Positions 9,964 to 19,385 of a stretch of 64,000 nucleotides of DNA are shown in pieces. A program made the position numbers and the translations under genes. Under the pieces are notes generated by a model, which worked only from the letters and a program-made list of their open reading frames with translations, did not search any database and was not told where the DNA came from. The first letter of the stretch is position 1; the number at the start of each line of letters is the position of its first letter. The stretch comes from Arcobacteraceae bacterium (lineage in GTDB: Bacteria > Campylobacterota > Campylobacteria > Campylobacterales > Arcobacteraceae): the NCBI GenBank assembly GCA_963662945.1, contig OY759974.1:576001-640000 (forward strand), in the 5' to 3' direction.

Positions 9964-10743
9964 CTACAAATGATCCATTATATTCATAATAATTTCAAAT
10001 GCAATCAGCACAATTATAATCCACTCTAAAAATGAGGAATAATTATGTTTTTGTTCATTCCCAAGCATATCTAAAAGCTCTTGGATAACTTCAACTTTTT
10101 TATTAAGTACCACAACCCTTGAGTTTATATCCAAATATTTTGTAATTTTTTCATAATAATGTTCACACTCAGGATACTCCCAGATAAATTCAGGAGTATC
10201 AAGCAAATCATAATGAAGATTTAATTTACTTTTTACTAGAAACAACTCCCCAATTTTACGAGAAAGTTCTTTTTTTCGTAGTGAAATAGCACCTTTAATT
10301 GCTAATTCTTTTGGTATATTTGAATTTCTATCAATACTACTTTGTATCTCATTTTCAAAATTTTCTAATTTTAAACTTTGAGCTATAGAACTCGAAATCG
10401 AAACTTTGGTTAAAATATCATCATTATCTAAAGAGATGTGGTCAAGATGTATTTTAAAAATATCCCCATAACTATATTCTAAATGTTCCATAAGTTTCAC
10501 AGGTAATGGTTCTATAGTATAATCTTTGATAAAATCTTCAAAAAATTTTATAGTTTCAAAATCAACACCCCAGCAAACAAAGATACCATATCTAAAAAGA
10601 ATAATATCTTTGTCTTCTTTTATATTTACAACTATAATATCTTTTTGTTGTGTGACGGGATATCTTTGTTGTAATATTTCATAAATATTATCAGTAAATT
10701 TTTCACATATATTGTACGCAATAATATTTTTAGAGTTTTGCAT
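9964..10743 (-). CDS. RMD1/DUF155-family protein
   Basis: FRYGIFVCWG, AQSLKL, LLDTPEFIWE and LEWIIIVLIAFEI motifs. Confidence 0.85.
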   Translation of the reverse strand: MQNSKNIIAYNICEKFTDNIYEILQQRYPVTQQKDIIVVNIKEDKDIILFRYGIFVCWGVDFETIKFFEDFIKDYTIEPLPVKLMEHLEYSYGDIFKIHLDHISLDNDDILTKVSISSSIAQSLKLENFENEIQSSIDRNSNIPKELAIKGAISLRKKELSRKIGELFLVKSKLNLHYDLLDTPEFIWEYPECEHYYEKITKYLDINSRVVVLNKKVEVIQELLDMLGNEQKHNYSSFLEWIIIVLIAFEIIMNIMDHL

Positions 10744-10750
10744 AATTAAA

Positions 10751-11152
10751 TTATTTTCCTAATTGTTTATATAACACATTTAAGTCCCCAAGAACCCAAA
10801 TCTCAATTATTTTTTCATTTTCAATTTTGAAAAATGATGCACCATTGTATTTAATTCTATTATTTGTTGCTTCAAACTCAAATAATTTTCCTTTATGTGT
10901 ACCATTATATACAGCTCTTACTGCTACTTGATTATCTTCTGCAATAATTGCTTCAATTCCATGATAAAGGTTTGGAATAGCAGTTGTAATCATATCAAAA
11001 TACCCTTCAAAACCTTCTTTGCCCTTAGTTTCAATCCCTAAAGAACCTCTAAAAACAATATTGTCATCGAATAACTTATCTATGTAAGTTTTATCTTGCT
11101 TATTCCATAGATTTTCATAATATGACTCTACAATTTGTTTTTTCGTTTTCAT
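10751..11152 (-). CDS. SnoaL-like ester cyclase-family protein
   Basis: W(N) near the N-terminus, GTHKG.LF, GASFF..ENEKI.EIWVLGD; start moved to the ATG at 11152 after GAGG. Confidence 0.8.
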   Translation of the reverse strand: MKTKKQIVESYYENLWNKQDKTYIDKLFDDNIVFRGSLGIETKGKEGFEGYFDMITTAIPNLYHGIEAIIAEDNQVAVRAVYNGTHKGKLFEFEATNNRIKYNGASFFKIENEKIIEIWVLGDLNVLYKQLGK

Positions 11153-11292
11153 TTTTTTCCTCAAATTCAATTTTGTTGAATTATACAATATTTTTCAAAT
11201 TTTCTTATTAAAATAGTTTTTTTCGTAACTTTTCAAAGTTAACTCTTAAGAGTAAGAATACTATAATGACACAATTTATTTAGGAGAAGACT

Positions 11293-11814
11293 TTGGATTT
11301 TATTTATATTATTATGGCTATATTGCTACTTGTATTCATCGTATTTCTATTAACAAAAACATTTTTATTTACTTCTCATTATCCTAAAGAATCTGTGAAC
11401 TTATTAACACAAGTTTTTGGAGAACAAGATTTTTCTCAAAATGGAGATATCTTTCAATTACAAGAAAAACTTCATATTAAATTTCATCCACAAAACAACC
11501 ACGAAAACTCACTTCAAAATATTATAGAAGTCACAAAACATAAAATAGATGTTATATATACACAAAATATGAGTAAAAACAAACCTTATGATGAAACAAC
11601 AACATTTCAAATTTTAGCAAATGAAGTTATTGATTATAGTATCAAAAAAAATATAAACCTTAAAGGTGCTATTCGATTATTATTTTTAACTTTAAATAAC
11701 AAAGTATTAGAATCTATTTTAGATGAAAAAAAACAAGAAAAAGAGTTTATAAACTTATTCTATGACTTACTTCCAAATTTTGTAAATAAATATAATAAAA
11801 GATTCACAGAATAA
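11293..11814 (+). CDS. Hypothetical protein with N-terminal membrane anchor
   Basis: TTG start after a strong AGGAG RBS; single hydrophobic N-terminal helix. Confidence 0.6.
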   Translation: MDFIYIIMAILLLVFIVFLLTKTFLFTSHYPKESVNLLTQVFGEQDFSQNGDIFQLQEKLHIKFHPQNNHENSLQNIIEVTKHKIDVIYTQNMSKNKPYDETTTFQILANEVIDYSIKKNINLKGAIRLLFLTLNNKVLESILDEKKQEKEFINLFYDLLPNFVNKYNKRFTE

Positions 11815-11847
11815 AAACTTTTAAATAATAATTGTAAAAGAGGTCTT

Positions 11848-12774
11848 ATGATAAATTATCAAGAAGTATTAGATGAAATATTCCAAGAGATACAACCAAC
11901 ACTTTCAAAAGGAAAAGTTGCTGACTATATTCCTGCTTTAGCTAAAGTTCTTCCAAATCAATTTGCTATGAGTATCACACTTTTAGATGGAACAAGTCAT
12001 CATATAGGATGTAGTGACACTAAATTTTCTATTCAAAGTATCTCTAAAGTATTTACATTTACAAAAGCTTTAAATATCTATAGTCGTGAACTTTATAAAA
12101 AAGTAGGAATAGAACCATCAGGAAATCCCTTTAACTCTTTGGTACAATTAGAATACGAACATGGTATTCCTAGAAATCCATTTATTAATGCAGGGGCAAT
12201 AGTAGTTACAGATACACTTCTATCGCACTACAAAAATGTCGATAATACTTATGATAACATCATAAGATTTATCCAAGAAATAAGTGATAATCAAGAGATT
12301 ACTTTTGATAAAGATGTTTGGTTTTCAGAATATAGACACGGTCATAGAAATATAGCTTTGGCTAATCTTATGAAAAGTTTTCATAACCTTGATAACAATG
12401 TAGATGATGTAGTCAAAACCTATTTTAAACAATGTTCTATTACGATGACTACAAAAGAACTTTCTCGTGCTATGTTATTTTATGCAAATCATGGTGTAGA
12501 TCCTATTACAAATAAACAATTTATAACTACAAGTCAAGCCAAAAGAATAAATGCTGTTATGCTTACTTGTGGTCATTATGATGCTAGTGGAGATTTTGCA
12601 TTTCATGTGGGGTTACCTGGTAAAAGTGGTGTTGGTGGTGGTATCGTTGCTGTTGTTCCAAAAGTTATGAGTATAGCTGTCTTTAGTCCAAGATTAAATA
12701 GTTGGGGGAACTCATATAGTGGTACAAAAGCACTAGAACTTTTTACCAATAAAACAGCTTTATCAATTTTTTAA
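11848..12774 (+). CDS. glsA: Glutaminase
   Basis: GKVADYIPAL, SIQSISK, NPFINAGA and GLPGKSGVGGG motifs. Confidence 0.95.
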   Translation: MINYQEVLDEIFQEIQPTLSKGKVADYIPALAKVLPNQFAMSITLLDGTSHHIGCSDTKFSIQSISKVFTFTKALNIYSRELYKKVGIEPSGNPFNSLVQLEYEHGIPRNPFINAGAIVVTDTLLSHYKNVDNTYDNIIRFIQEISDNQEITFDKDVWFSEYRHGHRNIALANLMKSFHNLDNNVDDVVKTYFKQCSITMTTKELSRAMLFYANHGVDPITNKQFITTSQAKRINAVMLTCGHYDASGDFAFHVGLPGKSGVGGGIVAVVPKVMSIAVFSPRLNSWGNSYSGTKALELFTNKTALSIF

Positions 12775-13094
12775 AAAAAAGTTTTTTTTCTAAGAAAAAT
12801 AAAAAATATTTAACAAAATTTTCGATGAAAAAAAGCTATTTTTTTCCTTAGAAATGCGGTAGATAAAGGGCTCTATAAAGGTAAAGTAAAATTCAGAAAT
12901 CTTTCAGCTTAAAAATCTCATTTTTAGTTTATAATTTCAATTACGAATAAGGGAAAAAAAAGAACCCTAATATCTATAGTTATAATTGGCGTTAGACTTG
13001 TAGATATCAGAGTTAAAAAATGTTGTGTATTCTCTAAAAAAGAATACATTTATACTAACAAAAAAAACTTATCTTAAAATTAAAGGAAGTATAA

Positions 13095-13322
13095 ATGATA
13101 CTAAAAAAAGTTGCGATTTTTGTAATTGCTTCAATTCTTTGTGTAAATCTAATTGCAGCTGAAGAGGTTGCATCTGAAAATAAAACTGCTGACAAATGTG
13201 AAGCTGCGTATTCACAATGTTTAACTGTTTGTGATTCAAGTGGTGAATCAAATGTAGAAAAATGTTATGACAAATGTGACGAAATTTATTCTGCTTGTCT
13301 AGAAAACGCACAAGAAAAATAA
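13095..13322 (+). CDS. Small secreted cysteine-rich protein
   Basis: AAGGA RBS, signal peptide ending LIA-A, six Cys in the mature part. Confidence 0.65.
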   Translation: MILKKVAIFVIASILCVNLIAAEEVASENKTADKCEAAYSQCLTVCDSSGESNVEKCYDKCDEIYSACLENAQEK

Positions 13323-13383
13323 CCAAAAAATTCTGAAAAAAATCCCCCTTATTCTAATAATCCATTACTAGTAGTAACAATAT

Positions 13384-14100
13384 ATGCAAATATCAAATCA
13401 CATATATTGTGATAATCTTTTTAAAGATATCACAATTGAAAATCTTCTCTTACCAAATCCATACAAAGAGTATCCCTATTTGATAATAGAAAATTTTTTT
13501 ACTCCTGAACTTTTAAAAGAGATAGTTGACTATTCAAAACAAAAAGATGATATTGCCCAAGCAAAAATTAAAGCAACTCTAGTGGATGGAATTATTCAAC
13601 CAAAACTTAATGAGAAACAAAGAAAAACAAATATTCTTAAACTCAATAAACTCTTTTTAAATATCTATAATAAACAATTTCAACACTTCCAACCACAAAT
13701 TGAAGAGTTTTTCAATACCCCTTTAACTTTTAGCACAAAAGTGCAGATGCTTCAATACAAAAAAGGTTTTTTCTACAAAAAACACGCTGATGATTCAAGT
13801 GAACTTGTAGATGAAAATGGAAAAACAGTTGGATTTGTCAATGTGGCTAGCCAGAGAAAAGTCACTACTGTACTTTTTGCTACAACTTGTCAAGATGAAA
13901 ATGATGGTTATAGTTTTAGCGGAGGTGAGTTAGTATTTAACTACCTTTACGATAAAGAGGGCAATCAAATAAAACTCAAACCAAAAGCTGGTGATATGGT
14001 GATATTCCCAAGTAATCCATACTTTAGCCATGAGGTTTTACCAGTAACTGATGGATATAGACTTACTCTTGTGCAATGGCATGATGGGATCATTCAGTAA
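13384..14100 (+). CDS. 2OG-Fe(II) oxygenase (prolyl-hydroxylase-like)
   Basis: HADD, GGELVF, FPS...HEV.PV..G.R motifs. Confidence 0.85.
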   Translation: MQISNHIYCDNLFKDITIENLLLPNPYKEYPYLIIENFFTPELLKEIVDYSKQKDDIAQAKIKATLVDGIIQPKLNEKQRKTNILKLNKLFLNIYNKQFQHFQPQIEEFFNTPLTFSTKVQMLQYKKGFFYKKHADDSSELVDENGKTVGFVNVASQRKVTTVLFATTCQDENDGYSFSGGELVFNYLYDKEGNQIKLKPKAGDMVIFPSNPYFSHEVLPVTDGYRLTLVQWHDGIIQ

Positions 14101-14157
14101 ACTTTTCTAGAAAAATAAAATACTATCTAAATTATAATTTTTAAAATTTGTAAAAAA

Positions 14158-14177
14158 TGTGACACTAGATGTGACAT
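14158..14177 (+). promoter_or_regulatory. 20-bp operator-like site TGTGACACTAGATGTGACAT, 8 nt upstream of a -10 (TAAACT 14186-14191)
   Basis: Exact reverse-complement copy at 19366-19385 with the same 8-nt distance to a -10. Confidence 0.7.
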
Positions 14178-14250
14178 AGTTTAGGTAAACTAATGGCATA
14201 AATTGTTATTATTGACTATAACAATTAAACAACAAAAATATGGAGAAAAA

Positions 14251-14697
14251 ATGAAGATTAACTTATCATTAATTGCAACAGGATTTATAGGTATAACATT
14301 AGTAGTTGGATTTACAGGTTGTGGAGCAAAAGGAAAACAATTTTCTGGTTTCAAAACACCATCAGAAGGTAAAGGGATAGTCTATGTATATAGACCATCA
14401 AGTTTCGTAGGTGCTGGAGTTTATTATGATGTCAAAAATAAAACAAACAATGATGAAGTTATTGGAACATTAAGAAATGGTGGTTTTATTTCAAAAGAGA
14501 TGACACCAGGTAAGAAAATTATATGGGCAAAAACTGAAGCTACTTCTACAGTTACAGTAGATGTAAAAGAGAATGATATTGTTTGTGTTCAGGGTAGTGT
14601 TAATATGGGACTTTTAGTGGGTAGACCTGATTTAAAAAATGTAGATAAATCAGTATGTGAAATAGAAATAAAAGATACTAAAGAAAGTATAGAGTGA
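14251..14697 (+). CDS. DUF2846-like lipoprotein
   Basis: GGAG RBS before ATG 14251, lipobox FTGC, VYVYRPSSFVG and IGTLRNGG motifs. Confidence 0.75.
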   Translation: MKINLSLIATGFIGITLVVGFTGCGAKGKQFSGFKTPSEGKGIVYVYRPSSFVGAGVYYDVKNKTNNDEVIGTLRNGGFISKEMTPGKKIIWAKTEATSTVTVDVKENDIVCVQGSVNMGLLVGRPDLKNVDKSVCEIEIKDTKESIE

Positions 14698-15894
14698 CTA
14701 AATGTCACTCATATTTTCATAATGTTCAGCTCGTAATCTTTTCGCATACAATAAAAACAAAATACCAATACTAGCTATAAAAGCTGTAAGATACAAAGTG
14801 GTATTATAATTGCCATATTTCTCTATCAAAGCTATACTATAAAGTGGTGCACTCACCTGCCCTATCCCATAAGCAGCTGTCATAGAACCCATAAATATCA
14901 CAGGATTTTTTCCAGCTAACTTTCCACCATAGTGCATAAAAAGAGCCACATGACCTATAAAGGTACTTCCGTACAGAGCTCCACTTAAAAGGTTTAGATA
15001 AATATTATTGCTCAATGTAGGTATCAAGATACCAACTATCTGTAATACAAAAGCTAAGATGATGATATCTACACTATTGTATCTATGGGCAAGTCTCATC
15101 CAAATAATTGCAGAGGGAATACCAGCAACTCCAACCACAAGCCAACCTAAACTCCCATAACCATCAAGCCCCTCTAAAGAGTTAATAATATCTGGAAAAA
15201 ATGTAGCTTGAACCACGAAGCTCACCCCTGCTGTAAAATAGGCTAAGATTAGTAATATAACATAAGGTGTAAACATATCTTTTGAAACTTTATGTTTCGT
15301 TGCCTCTTTTTTTAACTCTTTATCAAAAGATAAAATATAAATAGCATAAATAGACGCAAAAAAAGCAAAGATAGTAAGTACCATCCAAGCATCACTCCAA
15401 GTACCACTTTTCAAAGTGTATTGGGATATGAGTTCACTTACAGTTATAGCAAAACCTATCCCACTAAAATGTATCCCCATAGCTTTTGTTTTATCTTCAT
15501 AGTTGAGTTTCACCATAACTATAGCCCCACCAACTATCAAAACCATAGCAGACCCAAATCCAGCAATTACACGAGATACAAACCATAAAATTTCATTTGT
15601 AGTAGTTGCCAATACAAGTGTAGTTAAGACACTTAAAATTATCCCTATCCTAAAGTATTTCACTTTACTATTGATATCTTTTAAAAATATACTAAATACA
15701 GCACCACTTAGATACCCAGCATAGTTAAAAGAAGCAAAAAGCCCAGCATTGGTCACACTTAAAAAATCTTCAAGCATAGAGGGAAGCAGTGTAGTAAATG
15801 CAAATCTTGCAACCCCAACACCTATGATGATACTTATAATCCCTGCAAGGAGTATATTGAAGTTTTTGTTTTTATCTAATAAATTTATGTTCAT
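14698..15894 (-). CDS. YbfB/YjiJ-family MFS transporter
   Basis: GVARFAFTTLLPSM, ASFNYAGYLSGA and MTAAYGIGQ motifs; about 12 TM. Confidence 0.85.
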   Translation of the reverse strand: MNINLLDKNKNFNILLAGIISIIIGVGVARFAFTTLLPSMLEDFLSVTNAGLFASFNYAGYLSGAVFSIFLKDINSKVKYFRIGIILSVLTTLVLATTTNEILWFVSRVIAGFGSAMVLIVGGAIVMVKLNYEDKTKAMGIHFSGIGFAITVSELISQYTLKSGTWSDAWMVLTIFAFFASIYAIYILSFDKELKKEATKHKVSKDMFTPYVILLILAYFTAGVSFVVQATFFPDIINSLEGLDGYGSLGWLVVGVAGIPSAIIWMRLAHRYNSVDIIILAFVLQIVGILIPTLSNNIYLNLLSGALYGSTFIGHVALFMHYGGKLAGKNPVIFMGSMTAAYGIGQVSAPLYSIALIEKYGNYNTTLYLTAFIASIGILFLLYAKRLRAEHYENMSDI

Positions 15895-15929
15895 TTTTTT
15901 CTTTTATATGTAGAAATTATTTGATTTTT

Positions 15930-18900
15930 TTATTTTAATATTTGAATAATTCTTTCCACTATTTGACTAAGCCCTTTATCTAACTCATTTCTATTTGCAA
16001 GGTCTTTTAAAGACAAAATTGTTTCTTCACTTTGTTTAGTGAGTGGATTTATATTTTTTCCATAAGCAAGATATTGAAATTTACCAAGTCCTAAAATAGC
16101 CTCTTGTTTTTCAGTTGGATTTTTTATTGCACTTCCTAATTTATCTAATCCTACAAAATCACTTACTATAACTGGTAAAATCTTCTTATTAGTATTTTGA
16201 GCTATCATCTCCATCCCTTTTACAACCTCCTCTTCTAAAATATAAGCAGATGTAAAAAAGTTAGCTGAAAGCATATAAATTATTAGGTCACTTTCCTCAA
16301 GCTCTCTTTGAATTTGATCATGCCATTTACCAATTTGTATATCCTCACAAGCCCAATTGTCAGCTAAATCAAAAAACTTTAATACACTTAAGTGTTTTCT
16401 TAATTCGTCTCTAAAATCAATATCTTTTCTTGAATATGATATAAATATCTTTTTCATCTTACTTATCTCCTTGTTATCTGAAATATTTTTAAATGCTCTT
16501 GTTGAAAGAACTATACTATTTTCTTTATTTATTTGTTTCTCTTTTATATTAAAAGCGATAATTTGTTCTTTTGTTTTTTCTTCATCTTCTAGTGTTTTAT
16601 AATGAACAAAGTGTTTGTTATTTAACGATATATATAAATCATCAGGAATAACCTTTTTAGTTTGTAATCTTTTTTCTAAAATTTCATTATTCTCTTTATG
16701 TTTGTTCTGTTCTATCTCATTTTCTTTTCTTGATGGATATAATTTACTTTCATATATTTCAATATCATTATATAACATCAATATCTCTTCAAAAAGGTAT
16801 TTCTGTGTCTCATCTATATCTTTTTTTGAAGTTTTATTATCCCCTATTACATATAATTTTATTTTTAATTCTTCAAAATCAAGTCTTATAAATACTTTGA
16901 TATGTTTATTGTTAAGTGTAAAAAGTAGCACATCTTTCCAATATTTCTTTATATCAGGAGTTCTGCCGTAAATACTAATCAATCGATTCATAAATCCAAA
17001 AGGAATAAAATACTCAAACTTCAAAGTTATACAAGGTGTTTGTATATCAAAGATATATAAAAAATCAGAACTATCTTCATTTATCCTAGGAAGATAACTA
17101 GGAACTATATAATACTTTTCGTTTGATATATCATCTGAAAATATCACTTTATTTTCTATAAGCATTAACACCAAATTTTCATCATTACAAAGTTTTCCAA
17201 ATTTATCTTTTGGTACTCTCCCTTTGTATGTAGATAGACTAGATACATCGAATATCTCATCATGTATTTTTTTTAGTGTTTTAGATGGATTAAGCCACGC
17301 TATTTTTGATAGTTCTTTATTATGAGGATAATAAAGTATCAATCCCTGCCTTGCAAGTTGATTTAAAATAAAATTAATTCTCTCTTTTGCATCTGGAAAC
17401 TTATCTACTATTGCAGATATTTCTATAGCATCGGGGCTATTTTGTTCAAAGATATATTTTTCTACTGCTATATCTATAGGGAGCTTTTTTATCATTTCAC
17501 TATTATCTATCTCATTTTTTAAATGTTTTTTTAATGAATCTAAATCTATATCATTAGTATTTTTATTATTTATATGAAACTGTCTATATATTTTTTTTGA
17601 AAGAATTTTATTATCCAAAAACTCTACACCATCATCATCAATATGTGTTTGAATAAGCCAGTACCTATTTAATAATACTTTTTCTTTATCTTTTTTATCA
17701 CCATTACTATTATAATTTTCATCAAAATTCCAAAGCTGTTTTATCCAATAATCTTTTGTAAAATTCTGAGTCTTTTCATTTCTTTTACTTTCATCATCAG
17801 ATAGAGTATTATTATCAGTTTGTTTTTTCCAAAAAATTAAACTTGTGGCATGATTTGTCATAAATGCTTTATATATCCCATGATAATAATCTTGTCCACC
17901 AAAATCATATATAATAGCTTTTTTATTTTCGTTATTTGGATAGGAAACAATATTAAGTATATGAGTACTTCCTGTTTGTGAATTATCTTCTATAAAGTGA
18001 TTTAAAAATTCACTCTTACCTGAGCTGTGATTTCCAACTAGCATTATTTTTTTTATACTTTTTATATCTTTTGCACTTTTACTACTAATACCTTGAAAAT
18101 AATCTTTTAGATCTTGAAGATTATTTGAGTCATAAGTTTCATCAAGCTTGAAATCAATTAATTCTTCTAAAAAAGGATTTTTGTAAATCCGCAATTCATC
18201 AAGTTCAGGTAAAGATTTTAACTCTTTTATACTCTTCATATCACTTATCTGATTCCTTGATAAATCTAATTTTTGTAAAGATTTTAACTCTTTTATACTC
18301 TCTATATCACTTATCTGATTATTTGATAAATATAATGTTTGTAAAGATTTTAACTCTTTTATACTCTTTATATCACTTATCTGATTATTTGATAAATATA
18401 ATGTTTGTAAAGATTTTAACTCTTTTATACTCTTTATATCACTTATCTGATTACTCCATAAATATAATGCTTGTAAAGATTTTAACTCTTTTATACTCTC
18501 TATATCACTTATCTGATTATTTGATAAATATAATGTTTGTAAAGATTTTAACTCTTTTATACTCTTTATATCACTTATCTGATTATCTGATAAATCTAAT
18601 TCTTGTAAAGATTTTAACTCTTTTATACTCTCTATATCATTTATCTTATTATATGATAAATCTAATTCTTGTAAAGATTTTAACTCTTTTATACTCTCTA
18701 TATCACTTATCTGATTATCTGATAAATCTAATTCTTGTAAAGATTTTAACTCTTTTATACTCTCTATATCATTTATCTGATTCCTTGATAAATATAATGT
18801 TTGTAAAGATTTTAACTCTTTTATACTCTTTATATCACTTATCTGATTACTCCATAAATATAATGTTTGTAAAGATTTTAACTCTTTTATACTCTTTATA

Positions 18901-19319
18901 TCACTTATCTGATTACTCCATAAATATAATGTTTGTAAAGATTTTAACTCTTTTATACTCTTTATATCACTTATCTGATTCCTTGATAAATCTAATTTTT
19001 GTAAAGATTTTAACTCTTTTATACTCTCTATATCACTTATCTGATTATCTGATAAATCTAATTTTTGTAAAGATTTTAACTCTTTTATACTCTCTATATC
19101 ACTTATCTGATTATCTGATAAATCTAATTTTTGTAAAGATTTTAACTCTTTTATACTCTCTATATCACTTATCTGATTATTTGATAAATTTAAACCTACT
19201 ATATTATTATCTTTATCTAATACATAGCCACCTTGATAGATGTTATATACCTCTTCTAAAGTAATACCATATGTTTTTTCCAATTCTAATATTAAATTTG
19301 GTTTTTCATTTTTCTTCAT
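15930..19319 (-). CDS. LRR-Roc-COR-TIR (bacterial Roco) protein
   Basis: 15 x 22-aa LRRs; Roc G1 GNHSSGKS, G2 STH, G3 YDFGGQ, G4 THID; COR-like WL.P / YIVPS.L / PFGFM.RLI; TIR KKIFISYSRKD..SDLII...S.NF..S.YI...E. Confidence 0.88.
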   Translation of the reverse strand: MKKNEKPNLILELEKTYGITLEEVYNIYQGGYVLDKDNNIVGLNLSNNQISDIESIKELKSLQKLDLSDNQISDIESIKELKSLQKLDLSDNQISDIESIKELKSLQKLDLSRNQISDIKSIKELKSLQTLYLWSNQISDIKSIKELKSLQTLYLWSNQISDIKSIKELKSLQTLYLSRNQINDIESIKELKSLQELDLSDNQISDIESIKELKSLQELDLSYNKINDIESIKELKSLQELDLSDNQISDIKSIKELKSLQTLYLSNNQISDIESIKELKSLQALYLWSNQISDIKSIKELKSLQTLYLSNNQISDIKSIKELKSLQTLYLSNNQISDIESIKELKSLQKLDLSRNQISDMKSIKELKSLPELDELRIYKNPFLEELIDFKLDETYDSNNLQDLKDYFQGISSKSAKDIKSIKKIMLVGNHSSGKSEFLNHFIEDNSQTGSTHILNIVSYPNNENKKAIIYDFGGQDYYHGIYKAFMTNHATSLIFWKKQTDNNTLSDDESKRNEKTQNFTKDYWIKQLWNFDENYNSNGDKKDKEKVLLNRYWLIQTHIDDDGVEFLDNKILSKKIYRQFHINNKNTNDIDLDSLKKHLKNEIDNSEMIKKLPIDIAVEKYIFEQNSPDAIEISAIVDKFPDAKERINFILNQLARQGLILYYPHNKELSKIAWLNPSKTLKKIHDEIFDVSSLSTYKGRVPKDKFGKLCNDENLVLMLIENKVIFSDDISNEKYYIVPSYLPRINEDSSDFLYIFDIQTPCITLKFEYFIPFGFMNRLISIYGRTPDIKKYWKDVLLFTLNNKHIKVFIRLDFEELKIKLYVIGDNKTSKKDIDETQKYLFEEILMLYNDIEIYESKLYPSRKENEIEQNKHKENNEILEKRLQTKKVIPDDLYISLNNKHFVHYKTLEDEEKTKEQIIAFNIKEKQINKENSIVLSTRAFKNISDNKEISKMKKIFISYSRKDIDFRDELRKHLSVLKFFDLADNWACEDIQIGKWHDQIQRELEESDLIIYMLSANFFTSAYILEEEVVKGMEMIAQNTNKKILPVIVSDFVGLDKLGSAIKNPTEKQEAILGLGKFQYLAYGKNINPLTKQSEETILSLKDLANRNELDKGLSQIVERIIQILK
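18213..19202 (-). repeat. Intragenic tandem array of 15 x 66-bp units encoding LRRs
   Basis: Unit consensus LQxLxLxxNQISDI(E/K)SIKELKS; DNA units near-identical. Confidence 0.95.
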
Positions 19320-19365
19320 AATATAATATCCTATATTTTATATTGATAATTATTTTATCATATCA

Positions 19366-19385
19366 ATGTCACATCTAGTGTCACA
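19366..19385 (-). promoter_or_regulatory. Second copy of the 20-bp site, upstream of the Roco gene
   Basis: Minus strand reads TGTGACACTAGATGTGACAT-tgatatga-TAAAAT; overlaps the stop codon of the upstream gene. Confidence 0.7.

Noticed and set aside
18213-19202. CRISPR array or diversity-generating retroelement
   Set aside because: Units are in-frame coding repeats with no unique spacers or cas genes; several variants (TCA to TGG, AAT to AGG) are not adenine-only changes, and no reverse transcriptase or template repeat is in the window.
18257-19264. 335-aa + strand repetitive ORF
   Set aside because: Antisense shadow of the LRR array; it stays open only because the 66-bp unit lacks a stop in that frame.
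14158-19385. IS/transposon bounded by terminal inverted repeats
   Set aside because: No transposase, no informative target duplication (only A-runs), and both copies sit at the same distance from a -10, favouring an operator; not fully excluded.
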